Shown piece after piece: positions 19,292-28,298 of a stretch of DNA of 64,000 nucleotides. The stretch is from contig CAWBZI010000005.1 in assembly GCA_963793265.1 (NCBI GenBank), positions 288,001 through 352,000 of the forward strand. Reading direction: 5' to 3'. Origin of the DNA: an uncultured cyanobacterium (GTDB lineage Bacteria; Cyanobacteriota; Cyanobacteriia; Phormidesmidales; Phormidesmidaceae). The translations under genes and the position numbers were made by a program. Below the pieces are notes generated by a model. The model saw nothing but the letters and a program-made list of their open reading frames with translations. It was not told the origin of the DNA and did no database searches. Numbering within the stretch: the first letter of the stretch is position 1; each line of letters begins with the position of its first letter.

Positions 19292-19657
19292 GTGATCCAA
19301 ACTAAGTCCAGCGACGTTTGCCAGGTTCGGTGCTTTAATGAGGCGCTGGTGGCCCAGGTGGGTGATGCACTGCCCGAAGAGAGTTTGTTGGAAAATGCTC
19401 AAATTCTGTTTAATGCGCTGGCAGATAGGTCACGATTAAAAATTCTCCATGCGCTGAGCGGGGGGCAAGAGCTTTGTGTCTGTGATGTCGCGGCTTTGCT
19501 GAATGTGAAAGTGGCTGCGGCCTCTCACCATTTGCGCAAGCTACGCGATCTTAAAATCTTGAAGCATAGAAATGAGGGCAAGCTGGCTTATTACTCTCTA
19601 AAAGATTTGCGTACTGCCGATATTCTTGGCTACGCGCTGAAGCAGTTAGCCCGATAG
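19292..19657 (+). CDS. ArsR/SmtB family repressor, CadC-like
   Basis: N-terminal CQVRC, ELCVCD and ASHHLRKLR (alpha3N-type Cys site). Confidence 0.9.
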   Translation: MIQTKSSDVCQVRCFNEALVAQVGDALPEESLLENAQILFNALADRSRLKILHALSGGQELCVCDVAALLNVKVAAASHHLRKLRDLKILKHRNEGKLAYYSLKDLRTADILGYALKQLAR

Positions 19658-19671
19658 ACCACTCTATCAAA

Positions 19672-19737
19672 AACATTCTAACGATGGTGAGAACGTATAG
19701 CTGTTTATGATAATATTCAAACGTTCATTAGAATGTT
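19672..19737. promoter_or_regulatory. Two ArsR/SmtB-type 12-2-12 operators
   Basis: AACATTCTAACG-AT-GGTGAGAACGTA (19672-19697) and AATATTCAAACG-TT-CATTAGAATGTT (19712-19737), flanking TATGAT at 19706. Confidence 0.65.
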
Positions 19738-19753
19738 TGAGCGAGGGTGGGCG

Positions 19754-20371
19754 ATGAGTGAGGGTTGCTGTCAGCGCAAGGGTGACGATCTTGCAAAGCT
19801 GCAAAAGCATCAGGCTAAAGTGCTTTGGGCTGTTTTGCTGATTAATGGCGTGATGTTTGTGGTTGAATTTGGTGCGGGTATTCGGGCGGCGTCGCTCTCT
19901 TTGACGGGAGACTCGTTAGATATGCTGGGCGATGCGCTAGTATATGCCAGCAGTTTGTACGTGGTGAATAAGGGGCGTAAAGCGCAGGCAGGATCGGCCT
20001 TTTTTAAGGGGGTGATTATGTTTTTGTTTGCGATCGCAGTTTTCGCAAGAGCCCTCTACCAGCTCTCTGTCGAAGTCACTCCGGCTGCCACACTGATGAG
20101 CACGATAGGCGTGGTCGCCTTACTCGCTAACCTCACTTGCCTGCTGCTACTCTCCAGGCACCGCAAAGATAATTTGAATATGTCTTCGGTGTGGCTGTGC
20201 TCTAGAAACGACATCATCGCTAATACGTCCGTGCTGGTGGCGGCAGGGTTAGTATTCCTTACGCAGTCAGTGCTTCCTGACTTAGCAGTTGGATTTTTGC
20301 TGACGGTCGTTTTTGCCAAGTCAGCCGGGAAAGTGCTGACTCAATCGTGGCGTGAGATACACACAGCCTAG
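19754..20371 (+). CDS. Short CDF-family cation efflux transporter (no C-terminal domain)
   Basis: DSLDMLGD and VWLCSRND motifs, N-terminal CC, about six TM segments. Confidence 0.87.
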   Translation: MSEGCCQRKGDDLAKLQKHQAKVLWAVLLINGVMFVVEFGAGIRAASLSLTGDSLDMLGDALVYASSLYVVNKGRKAQAGSAFFKGVIMFLFAIAVFARALYQLSVEVTPAATLMSTIGVVALLANLTCLLLLSRHRKDNLNMSSVWLCSRNDIIANTSVLVAAGLVFLTQSVLPDLAVGFLLTVVFAKSAGKVLTQSWREIHTA

Positions 20372-20473
20372 AGAGCAGATAATCGCCACAAGACGCTGAT
20401 AGAAAGTAATCCCTCTGTAAGTGCTATTGATGAGCGCCGTATCTTGTGACCTAGCTGGCGTTGTACTATAGAG

Positions 20474-20488
20474 TGATAATCATTATCA
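20474..20488. promoter_or_regulatory. Zur box 3
   Basis: Perfect TGATAATCATTATCA upstream of znuB. Confidence 0.92.
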
Positions 20489-20504
20489 GTCGTGTAGTAC
20501 GCCT

Positions 20505-21347
20505 ATGGATTGGCTGTTAGAGCCGTTTAACTATGAGTTCATGCGTCAGGCATTGATGGCAGGTGTGCTCGTCGGCATTTTGTGTCCGGTTATTGGCACC
20601 TACCTGATTGTGCAGCGGATGGCGCTGCTGGGCGATGTAGTGGCTCATGCGGTGTTGCCGGGATTAGCAATCGCGAACTTCCTCAACTTCCCTTTACTCG
20701 CCGGAGCCTTCATCTCCGGCATGTTCAGCACCTTTGTTACCTCTTGGATTCGCGCGCAATCGAAGGTCAAGGTCGATACGGCCATGGCAATTACCTTCTC
20801 TAGTTTTTTCTCGTTAGGCATTACCCTGCTCACGGGCTTGCGCAGCCGTTTGGATCTTGAAGAACTACTCTTTGGCAACATTTTGAGCATTACGCCTGCC
20901 GATGTAAGAGAAATTGGGCTGATAGCGATCGCTGTTTTAATCGCTGTCAAAGTGTTTTACAAAGAGCTGTTGTTCTTCACTTTCGACCGGCTAGGCGCAG
21001 AAGCCGTTGGCCTACCTGTCACTGCAATTAATATTGGACTGATGGCTGCAATTACGCTAACCATTGTGGCCAGTATCAAAACGGTAGGTGTCATTTTGGT
21101 AATAGCGCTGATGGTGAGCCCAGCAGCAGCGGCTTATTTGCTGACCAAAGAGCTGCATTGGATGATGGTCGTCGGCTCGGGGCTAGGTGTGCTCTCTTGC
21201 ATGATTGGGATGTACATTAGCTACTACTTCAATACGCCTTCGGGGCCTGCGATCGCCCTCACCCTATTCACTTGCTTTTTACTAGCGTTGTTGTTTAGTC
21301 CTAGTCAAGGAATCCTGACGCGCAGTCGAAAGCATTCTAAAGCCTGA
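20505..21347 (+). CDS. znuB: Zn/Mn ABC transporter permease
   Basis: RMALLGDVVAHAVLPG, LFGNILSI and TPSGPAI motifs. Confidence 0.9.
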   Translation: MDWLLEPFNYEFMRQALMAGVLVGILCPVIGTYLIVQRMALLGDVVAHAVLPGLAIANFLNFPLLAGAFISGMFSTFVTSWIRAQSKVKVDTAMAITFSSFFSLGITLLTGLRSRLDLEELLFGNILSITPADVREIGLIAIAVLIAVKVFYKELLFFTFDRLGAEAVGLPVTAINIGLMAAITLTIVASIKTVGVILVIALMVSPAAAAYLLTKELHWMMVVGSGLGVLSCMIGMYISYYFNTPSGPAIALTLFTCFLLALLFSPSQGILTRSRKHSKA

Positions 21348-21410
21348 TGGTAAGTCTTGATTGCAGGGACTTTTCGCATTCGATATAGAATCCGATGAAC
21401 AATAGGCTCG

Positions 21411-21788
21411 TCAAGCTGCGTTAGCTTTACGGAGTTCGACAAAACCACCTTCAAAAATCTGCATCGTCAGTTCATAGTCTTCCATCAAAGACATTCCGAC
21501 CAGTGGCTCTGAGTCAGCTTCATCTACTGGAATAGTGATGAGCGCCTCATCCCAAGCAATGACTGCTTCATAAACATTGAAAACGCATTCACTGCCATCT
21601 CCAAGAATTGCCCTGCCTCGTCCTTTCCATTTCAAATCTAGTTCAGCAATCAAATCAGGCGGTAATGAAAGCCACCCATTAAATCCAGTATCGACGATTG
21701 CATCTTGTATGAAAACTTTACTATCAGAGTGATGGATTGAGAGCGAAATGATCGGTTCAAGTTCTGTGTTGACTGTTCCGGTAATCAT
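21411..21788 (-). CDS. Clan AA aspartic protease (single domain)
   Basis: AIVDTGFNGWL and PLVGMSLM motifs. Confidence 0.87.
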   Translation of the reverse strand: MITGTVNTELEPIISLSIHHSDSKVFIQDAIVDTGFNGWLSLPPDLIAELDLKWKGRGRAILGDGSECVFNVYEAVIAWDEALITIPVDEADSEPLVGMSLMEDYELTMQIFEGGFVELRKANAA

Positions 21789-22058
21789 TTAAGTTTTCCG
21801 GGTTCGTCCACCAAATCGGCGGACGTAGCCAGATCCGATGCGAACGATCCAGACTTGAGCATCGGGTTGACGAGCTTCGAGACGATCGCAAGCAGCAATT
21901 TCGTTCTTGTCAACTTCAAAATCTCCAGTTTCTATGTCGATAGCCACAATCTTTCCTTGGTTGCCTCTCTCGACCTGCTGGCGTATCTGAGACTCATAGA
22001 TTTCATCACCACGTCGAGCAAACTCTTTTCTGCTATAGCGGGGTTGACGAACTGCCAT
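21789..22058 (-). CDS. Small partner protein of the aspartic protease
   Basis: EFARRGDEIYE..GKIVAIDIETGDFE..RIG, abutting the protease gene. Confidence 0.75.
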   Translation of the reverse strand: MAVRQPRYSRKEFARRGDEIYESQIRQQVERGNQGKIVAIDIETGDFEVDKNEIAACDRLEARQPDAQVWIVRIGSGYVRRFGGRTRKT

Positions 22059-22396
22059 CTACTTAACCTTTCTATGACTATACTCCACCATTTTAACCTG
22101 TAGAATCAGCATCACTCTGGCATTAATTATCTGAGGATATAGCTTGACTTATGTCTCCTAGTCTCCAATCTCCGAGGTACGAGATTGAACCATATATTCC
22201 AAGATTGCCTGCTTTCTATCAGCGTTATGATTTAGTCCTAGTCAAGGGATTCTGACGCGCAGTCGAGGGTAGCTCCACTCAAGACTGGTGCAAGATCTGA
22301 GCTATAAACTACGGAAAAGTTAGTCATCCCAGTGTTACCTTTTGAAAGGTTGGCAAATTGACAAGCATGGTCAAATATACTCTCAGGGGAGGCAGG

Positions 22397-22726
22397 ATGA
22401 TGGTTGATCGGGACAATCTGTACGTGGAACAGCGAGATGGAGCTTATTGGATGTCGAATTCTCGGGTTTCTCTCGACTCTGTGGTACTGGCATTTTTGCA
22501 AGGCTTATCGCCAGAGATGATCGCGGCTGAGTGCTTTCCATCGTTGAGTTTAGAACAGATCTATGGCGCGATCGCCTACTATCTTGGCCATCGCACTGAA
22601 ATTGATGACTACTTGCAGCAAGCAGATGCGGAATTTGCCGCCCTTCGAGAGGCCACTCACAACCAAGATCAGCCGTTTTACGAAAAGCTAAGGCAGGCTA
22701 GACGCTTACCTATAGGCCAGCGATGA
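22397..22726 (+). CDS. DUF433 antitoxin-like protein
   Basis: SRVSLDSVV..G.SPE..FPSLSLEQIYGAIAYY, preceded by a GGAGG RBS. Confidence 0.87.
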   Translation: MMVDRDNLYVEQRDGAYWMSNSRVSLDSVVLAFLQGLSPEMIAAECFPSLSLEQIYGAIAYYLGHRTEIDDYLQQADAEFAALREATHNQDQPFYEKLRQARRLPIGQR

Positions 22727-23070
22727 TTCGATTTCAGGCAGATGCAGACTTGAATCAGATTATTGTGAAAGCTTGCCGCCGCGCTGAGCCTGACATAGAT
22801 TTCCAAATTGCTGCGGAGGCCGGGTTGATTGGAATAAGCGATCCAGAGGTTTTAGAAGTTTCAGCAAAGTTAGGTCGAGTACTCGTAACTCATGACCGCA
22901 AAACAATGCCGAAACATTTTGCAGATCGCATTATTAACGTACCTAGTGCTGGGGTGATTGTGGTTCCGCAGTCTATGGCAATTCGAGCTGTTGTAGAGGA
23001 TTTAGTGCTCATTTGGATGGCGAGTGAAGCAGAAGAATGGATTAATCGGATTCGAGCGCTGCCTTTGTAG
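22723..23070 (+). CDS. DUF5615 PIN-like toxin
   Basis: RFQADADL..SDPEVL..RVLVTHD, with ATGA overlap to DUF433. Confidence 0.87.
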   Translation: MIRFQADADLNQIIVKACRRAEPDIDFQIAAEAGLIGISDPEVLEVSAKLGRVLVTHDRKTMPKHFADRIINVPSAGVIVVPQSMAIRAVVEDLVLIWMASEAEEWINRIRALPL

Positions 23071-23206
23071 AGCAAGTAGAAGAACCTATAACAACTACTC
23101 AACAAAGAAGCTCTCTCAGTTGTTGAGAGAGCTACTGATAAAAGGATTGCCTGAAGACCGAACTCAAGGCCCCTGAGATTTTTTAGCTGGAACTTTTCAG
23201 CTAATG

Positions 23207-23482
23207 CTAGAAAGCAGGCCGCTGTACTCCACCTGTACAAACCGCGCAACTACAGGTCAAGGCATCTTCGATGGGATTAGATTCGTTTTGAACCAGGGTA
23301 GGTAGGGCATCATCAGAGGCGATCGCTGAATTTGTAGTGACTGGCGCTGCGATCACCGGACTACTCACTACCAATACTGCCGCCAAAGAACCCGCACAGC
23401 CCAAAGCCGTTAATAGCGTTTTTTGACTGGTCATCTGCTGATTGCTCATAAGGCGTACCAAGATAGGTGTGCTTTTAAGCAT
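23207..23482 (-). CDS. Small secreted protein with C-terminal CSCAVC motif
   Basis: GAGGGG RBS, hydrophobic signal segment and ESNPIEDALTCSCAVC. Downstream of znuC on the same strand. Confidence 0.7.
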   Translation of the reverse strand: MLKSTPILVRLMSNQQMTSQKTLLTALGCAGSLAAVLVVSSPVIAAPVTTNSAIASDDALPTLVQNESNPIEDALTCSCAVCTGGVQRPAF

Positions 23483-23559
23483 AGCCAACCCCTCTATTCC
23501 TGACAATAGTCAGCGATACAGTTCCTCAAATTTAGCCACGGTGATCCAACCCGCTGAAT

Positions 23560-24303
23560 TCAGCAAACAAAAGGCATCGGCATACCGCCATTGAGCACCG
23601 ACTGAATATTGGTACCATAAGCCTGCTGAATATTGTCCATAGTCATCACCGCTCGGGGGGTGTCATTAGCCAACACGCGGCGGTTGAGTAGCAGCAAGCG
23701 ATGATAGCGATTGAGCGCCTCGCCCCATTCATGACTGCAAACCAGCAGCGTTTTACCTTGCTCGCTCAGGTCTGCGAAGATGCTCATCATAATCGCCTCG
23801 GTCTTTTTATCAATGCCGTTAAAAGGCTCATCTAGCAAAAATAGGCTGGGCTGCTGCGCGAGGGCGCGGGCCAGAAAAATTCGCTGCTGCTGCCCGCCCG
23901 AAAGCTGACCAATTTGCCGGTGGCGCAAAGGTAGCATTTCCACCCGATCTAGCGCCGCACTAACCTGTCTTTTTGCCCTGGCATCAGGAGAGCGGCCCCA
24001 GCCCAACGCTGCGGTCTGGGCCATCATTACTACATTCCAGGCGGTGACCGGATAGTCCCAGTCAATTTGCGATCGCTGCGGCACATAGGCCACCTGCCGC
24101 CGCTGCCGCTTCAGCGTCGTTCCATTCAGCAAAATCTGTCCTCTGTAGGGTACCAGACTTAAGATCGCCTTGACCAAAGTGCTTTTTCCGGCTCCATTAG
24201 GGCCGATAAGTCCTACCCATTCACCAGGGTTCAGAGTCAACGAAACCCCAGTGAGTGCCTCAATGCCTCGATAGTTAACAGATAGGTCTTGAACCGCTAG
24301 CAT
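23560..24303 (-). CDS. znuC: Zn/Mn ABC transporter ATPase
   Basis: GPNGAGKST, YVPQRSQIDWDYP, LSGGQQQR and LLDEP motifs. Confidence 0.92.
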   Translation of the reverse strand: MLAVQDLSVNYRGIEALTGVSLTLNPGEWVGLIGPNGAGKSTLVKAILSLVPYRGQILLNGTTLKRQRRQVAYVPQRSQIDWDYPVTAWNVVMMAQTAALGWGRSPDARAKRQVSAALDRVEMLPLRHRQIGQLSGGQQQRIFLARALAQQPSLFLLDEPFNGIDKKTEAIMMSIFADLSEQGKTLLVCSHEWGEALNRYHRLLLLNRRVLANDTPRAVMTMDNIQQAYGTNIQSVLNGGMPMPFVC

Positions 24304-24312
24304 CTTTAAAAA

Positions 24313-24327
24313 TGATAATCATTATCG
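24313..24327. promoter_or_regulatory. Zur box 4
   Basis: TGATAATCATTATCG (one mismatch) upstream of znuC. Confidence 0.88.
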
Positions 24328-24402
24328 AAACTTACGAAGAAGCATAGCAGATTTCTTTAACGCTGCTGACCATCGTAAGCAATCGGTACTGTGATATAAA
24401 AA

Positions 24403-24417
24403 TGATAATCATTATCA
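24403..24417. promoter_or_regulatory. Zur box 5
   Basis: Perfect TGATAATCATTATCA upstream of the COG0523 gene. Confidence 0.92.
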
Positions 24418-24434
24418 CAGTTTGACCTTTGCCT

Positions 24435-25448
24435 ATGTTAGCCCCAAAAAATAAGCAGGAGCCTGAGCAGGCGCTTGCCATTCCTAAGCAAGGAATGCCG
24501 GTCACGGTGATTACTGGCTTTTTGGGCAGTGGTAAAACCAGCCTGCTCAATCATATTTTGAATAATGCTCAGGGGCTGAAGGTGGCGGTGCTGGTGAATG
24601 AGTTTGGCGATATCAATATCGACGCTCAGCTTTTGGTATCGACCAATCAGAACATGGTGGAGCTGAGCAACGGCTGCATTTGCTGCACGATTAACGAAAG
24701 CCTGGTAGACGCGGTTTATCAGGTGCTAGAGCGAGAAGAGAAAATGGATTATTTGGTGATAGAAACCACCGGACTAGCCGATCCGCTGCCGATTATGACG
24801 ACGTTTGTAGGCACAGAACTAAAGAATGTGACCCGGTTAGATTCTGTTGTAGGCGTGATCGATGCTGAAACGTTTGGCCCCGAGTTGTTGAAGCATTCGG
24901 TATATAGAAATCAGCTTATTTACAGCGATGTGATCTTGTTGAACAAAACTGATTTGGTTAGTGACGATAGATTAGCTGCCGTTGAGCGAGATATTCATCT
25001 ATCGAAATCTGGGGCGCGAATATTGAGCTGTAGCTTGCAAAGCTCGTCTGATTTGCCGCTATCGGCCATTTTAGACGTGGGACTAGCCGATGTGGAAACC
25101 CATACGCTTTCAGAAAGAGAGCTGTCCGATCATCTGGTGAGCGATCGCTTTGTTTCAATTCCTTTTCGCAGCGATCGCCCCTTTGATCTCACCAAGTTTG
25201 AGCATTTTCTCATGCAGCAGCTTCCTGACAATATCTTCAGGGCCAAAGGCATTCTCTGGTTTGAAGGGCAGCCACAGCGATATATTTTCCAGCTAGCAGG
25301 CAAACGATGTAGCCTATCGCTTGATCCTCAGTCGCACCCCCGTGAAAACCAGCTAGTGTTTATAGGTCATCAGCTTAATCCATTACAGCTTCATCAACAG
25401 CTCAACAATTGTTTGACCGGCCAACCCGCTTCTTTGCTAAGCATGTAA
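24435..25448 (+). CDS. COG0523 (CobW/ZigA-type) G3E GTPase metallochaperone
   Basis: GFLGSGKT, NEFG, GCICC, ETTGLADP, NKTD and FRAKG motifs. Confidence 0.95.
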   Translation: MLAPKNKQEPEQALAIPKQGMPVTVITGFLGSGKTSLLNHILNNAQGLKVAVLVNEFGDINIDAQLLVSTNQNMVELSNGCICCTINESLVDAVYQVLEREEKMDYLVIETTGLADPLPIMTTFVGTELKNVTRLDSVVGVIDAETFGPELLKHSVYRNQLIYSDVILLNKTDLVSDDRLAAVERDIHLSKSGARILSCSLQSSSDLPLSAILDVGLADVETHTLSERELSDHLVSDRFVSIPFRSDRPFDLTKFEHFLMQQLPDNIFRAKGILWFEGQPQRYIFQLAGKRCSLSLDPQSHPRENQLVFIGHQLNPLQLHQQLNNCLTGQPASLLSM

Positions 25449-25520
25449 CTTTTAAGAGTGTAACAACTTGTTTAGTCTTGCGCCCCGTAAGACAGGTGAA
25501 CGCAATCCTGCTGTATAAAC

Positions 25521-25535
25521 TAATAACGATTATCA
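25521..25535. promoter_or_regulatory. Zur box 6
   Basis: TAATAACGATTATCA (two mismatches), immediately after TATAAAC. Confidence 0.7.
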
Positions 25536-25563
25536 TTCTCGTTTTAGGTCGTAGAGGTCATAG

Positions 25564-25671
25564 ATGTCACCTACGTTTTCTATTCAGCACTGGCCTTGGG
25601 TTAAATCTCCATGTATCGCTTACAGGCGATTTAGAAAGTGCTTGAACAAGTTTGATGTCGTAACAGTTTGA
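25564..25671 (+). CDS. Possible 35-aa small ORF
   Basis: GAGG RBS then MSPTFSIQHWPWVKSPCIAYRRFRKCLNKFDVVTV*. First ATG ORF after Zur box 6. Confidence 0.25.
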   Translation: MSPTFSIQHWPWVKSPCIAYRRFRKCLNKFDVVTV

Positions 25672-25714
25672 TCTCAACCGATTACCAGCATCTACATATT
25701 AGGACAGTGTTTAT

Positions 25715-26539
25715 ATGGCCACTGCCATTGATTCTACTCACGCTCATCTTTCTCCAACAGAGTCAACGCTAGCGCTTTCAGCTAGCACTATCTTGAACGG
25801 CATTGATGCGGTTCCGCTCGATTGCCTACCGCCTGTTTGGCAGCAAATAGCAGCCCGAGAGGTCACGATTGGACATGGCAATCCTGATTTTTTGATTGCC
25901 CTAGCTCGATTGTTTTTTACCAAAGGGACTGACGGGAGTTCCGAAATATTTGGCTCAGAAATATTTCAACAGGAATCTCAGCACACCTCTGGCTTTCAAG
26001 CTTTTTATGCCAAAGGCGTATTTGAGACTTTGGCGTTCTTTGGCCATGACTTTTTGACTACGGCCTATCCTAGTTTTGAGCGATCGCGCCAAACCGCCAA
26101 AGCCCAAGACGGCGCTGAGCGAGTGATCGCATTCGCCCAGTCAGTCTTCGATGACTTTGGCTACGAGCTACCCGCGAGCTTCTACTGGATGCTGCTATGC
26201 CCCATTGAGCGCGACTCCATTTACGAGGCGCGTCCGATGTTTTTTGATCCCCAAATGCAGGGCGTAAAGCGAGCATACGACGCCTGCTTACATGGGTTTA
26301 ACGTAACGGCGATGCTAATGCGGGTGCAGGCTCATGCTTCTCGGCAGGAATTGTTGCTTCAGCATGGCTGCGGCTGCGATCATTCTCTGGCGCAGATGAT
26401 TCCGGGCCAAGCAAGCATCTCTTTTGAGTTTGAAAGTGCCCAGGGAAGGCAGAAGGCGATAACCGCCTATCTCTGGCGCTGTTGGAATGAATATTTGCTC
26501 TTTCCTTTGGGGGTTCATGCTCACACGTTGGCGCTGTAG
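25715..26539 (+). CDS. Unrecognised protein with HGCGCDH motif
   Basis: 274-aa ORF with AGGA RBS and HIP1 present. No family recognised. Confidence 0.75.
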   Translation: MATAIDSTHAHLSPTESTLALSASTILNGIDAVPLDCLPPVWQQIAAREVTIGHGNPDFLIALARLFFTKGTDGSSEIFGSEIFQQESQHTSGFQAFYAKGVFETLAFFGHDFLTTAYPSFERSRQTAKAQDGAERVIAFAQSVFDDFGYELPASFYWMLLCPIERDSIYEARPMFFDPQMQGVKRAYDACLHGFNVTAMLMRVQAHASRQELLLQHGCGCDHSLAQMIPGQASISFEFESAQGRQKAITAYLWRCWNEYLLFPLGVHAHTLAL

Positions 26540-26647
26540 GTCGCTTTGCTAGAGCGCAACACTATTGAATGATCACACATCCCCTGGCGCTGCTGGGGGT
26601 TTGTTGTTTGGGGCGATGTCCGTAGAAACAGTGATGGAAGATAAGCG

Positions 26648-28177
26648 ATGGTTTTTCAGGTGAATATTGCGATCGCAGGTGCGGGCGTCAGCGGCTTTGC
26701 AACCCTGGGCTACTTAGTAGAGAATTTGCGCACACTGCCCTCGGCTGAAGTGGTTATCTATTGGCTACAGCCGCCTAGAGAGATTCAGCTAGAGAATTTG
26801 AGTGTGGCGCAGCGCGATCGCCTTACCCACCTTAAAAATATCGGTATTGATCCTAGCCAACTGTTTGGCGGCGGGCAGGTCTACCATCCGGCTCAGCCCT
26901 CGCTGTTCACCTTTAATGGCAACAGCACCGCCCGTGGATTTAACTTTGCCGCTCAACGGCACGATACCAACGACTACTTTGAGTGGGTACAGGTCAATCG
27001 CCGCCTGCTCGCTACGCTATATCCAGACTTTGCCCCCGAAAAAGGCCAGCAGCGCCACCGCGATCATACCCTGGACGATATTCAGGGCACAACGCCTCGC
27101 GGAGCCTACGGACTATATCTTCACGCCCAATTTTTAGCGCTTAAGGCTCGTTTGCCTGAGCACATCACACTGCAAATTATTCCTGAAGCGCTGCAAGGGT
27201 TTGCTCAAGCGGCTCGACAGATCACCGTTAATACAAGTACTCGCAAGCTGACCGTTGATTATCTGGTTGAAGCGACAGGGCATCGCTTTGCCAAACTGCG
27301 ACCTGAATGGGCTGGGCGCGTGTTCAAGGCTTATCCGTGCGATCGCTACGGTCAAAATTTGCCGCCACAGATCGCGGTAGTCGGCGCTGGCCCGGCAGGA
27401 ATCGAAGTGGCGCTTCATGCCCTACACAATCTAAATGTAGAACACGTCACGCTAATCAGCCGCTCAGCTCAGTCTCGACTACCTCAAGTAGAGCCGACAG
27501 AATCCTACGAGTGCCAGTGGTTTACTCCTGAGAAAATGCGGCTTCAACCTACCGCAGCCAATGCCAAGAGACTCCTGAACAAAGAGCTAGAAACCTGCTA
27601 TCGAGCCTGCAATTTACCCTATCCGGGTTGGGACGCGCTGTTGCAAATTGAGGATTATCCCACTTTTTTAGCAGATTACCTAGAAACAACAAAACAATCT
27701 CAAAATCACCCCTTTGCTCATCTGATTCGTCCGGTCATGTCTTTTTACGAGCAGGTAAAAGAGTTGTTGTCTGCCGCCGAGCAGATTGGCTTATTGCAGC
27801 TCATTAATCAGGTTAAGCCGCTGTTTGCCACGCAATCTCGACCTTGCGCTGAGCTAATGCTAGCGGCGCTTCAATCAAAGCGCTTAACACTGATGGCAGG
27901 AGAGTTCTTACCCGAGCAGGCAATTCCCACTATTTTGCGTCCCAACGGTACTCATATGTATCCCGACTGCGTAATTCTGGCAACAGGATTCGTTCCGTCG
28001 ATACCGCCTTTTTATCCACAAACTATCGCTACCCGCTGCTACAGCGTAACGGGCACTTCATTAAGTTCGGTGCATAGAGAGGCAGAAAGCGTGGCGGGCC
28101 TCATCACACAGGCGATTAAAATGCAGGCAATCAAGCCCCGGCTGCTTCGTGCTAGCTCTGTAACTCTGCCTAATTAA
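26648..28177 (+). CDS. FAD/NAD(P)-binding protein (NAD_binding_9-like)
   Basis: IAIAGAGVSG, GGGQVY, PRGAYGLYL, EATGH, VVGAGPAG and ILATGF motifs. Confidence 0.82.
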   Translation: MVFQVNIAIAGAGVSGFATLGYLVENLRTLPSAEVVIYWLQPPREIQLENLSVAQRDRLTHLKNIGIDPSQLFGGGQVYHPAQPSLFTFNGNSTARGFNFAAQRHDTNDYFEWVQVNRRLLATLYPDFAPEKGQQRHRDHTLDDIQGTTPRGAYGLYLHAQFLALKARLPEHITLQIIPEALQGFAQAARQITVNTSTRKLTVDYLVEATGHRFAKLRPEWAGRVFKAYPCDRYGQNLPPQIAVVGAGPAGIEVALHALHNLNVEHVTLISRSAQSRLPQVEPTESYECQWFTPEKMRLQPTAANAKRLLNKELETCYRACNLPYPGWDALLQIEDYPTFLADYLETTKQSQNHPFAHLIRPVMSFYEQVKELLSAAEQIGLLQLINQVKPLFATQSRPCAELMLAALQSKRLTLMAGEFLPEQAIPTILRPNGTHMYPDCVILATGFVPSIPPFYPQTIATRCYSVTGTSLSSVHREAESVAGLITQAIKMQAIKPRLLRASSVTLPN

Positions 28178-28298
28178 TAGTCTACAGTCCGCCTCAGAAA
28201 CGGTTGCTTAGAGCAAATACTACATGTAGCGTTCATCAGCCTGATGACACTATCGTCACGCTCGCTGAGTTTGTCAGCCAAGGCGATAGAATAGACGA

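Larger units (their letters stand above)
21271..22266 (+). repeat. Direct repeat of znuB 3' end flanking a two-gene cassette
   Basis: 21294-21329 vs 22231-22266 match at 34/36. Weaker similarity extends to 21271 and 22208. Confidence 0.85.
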
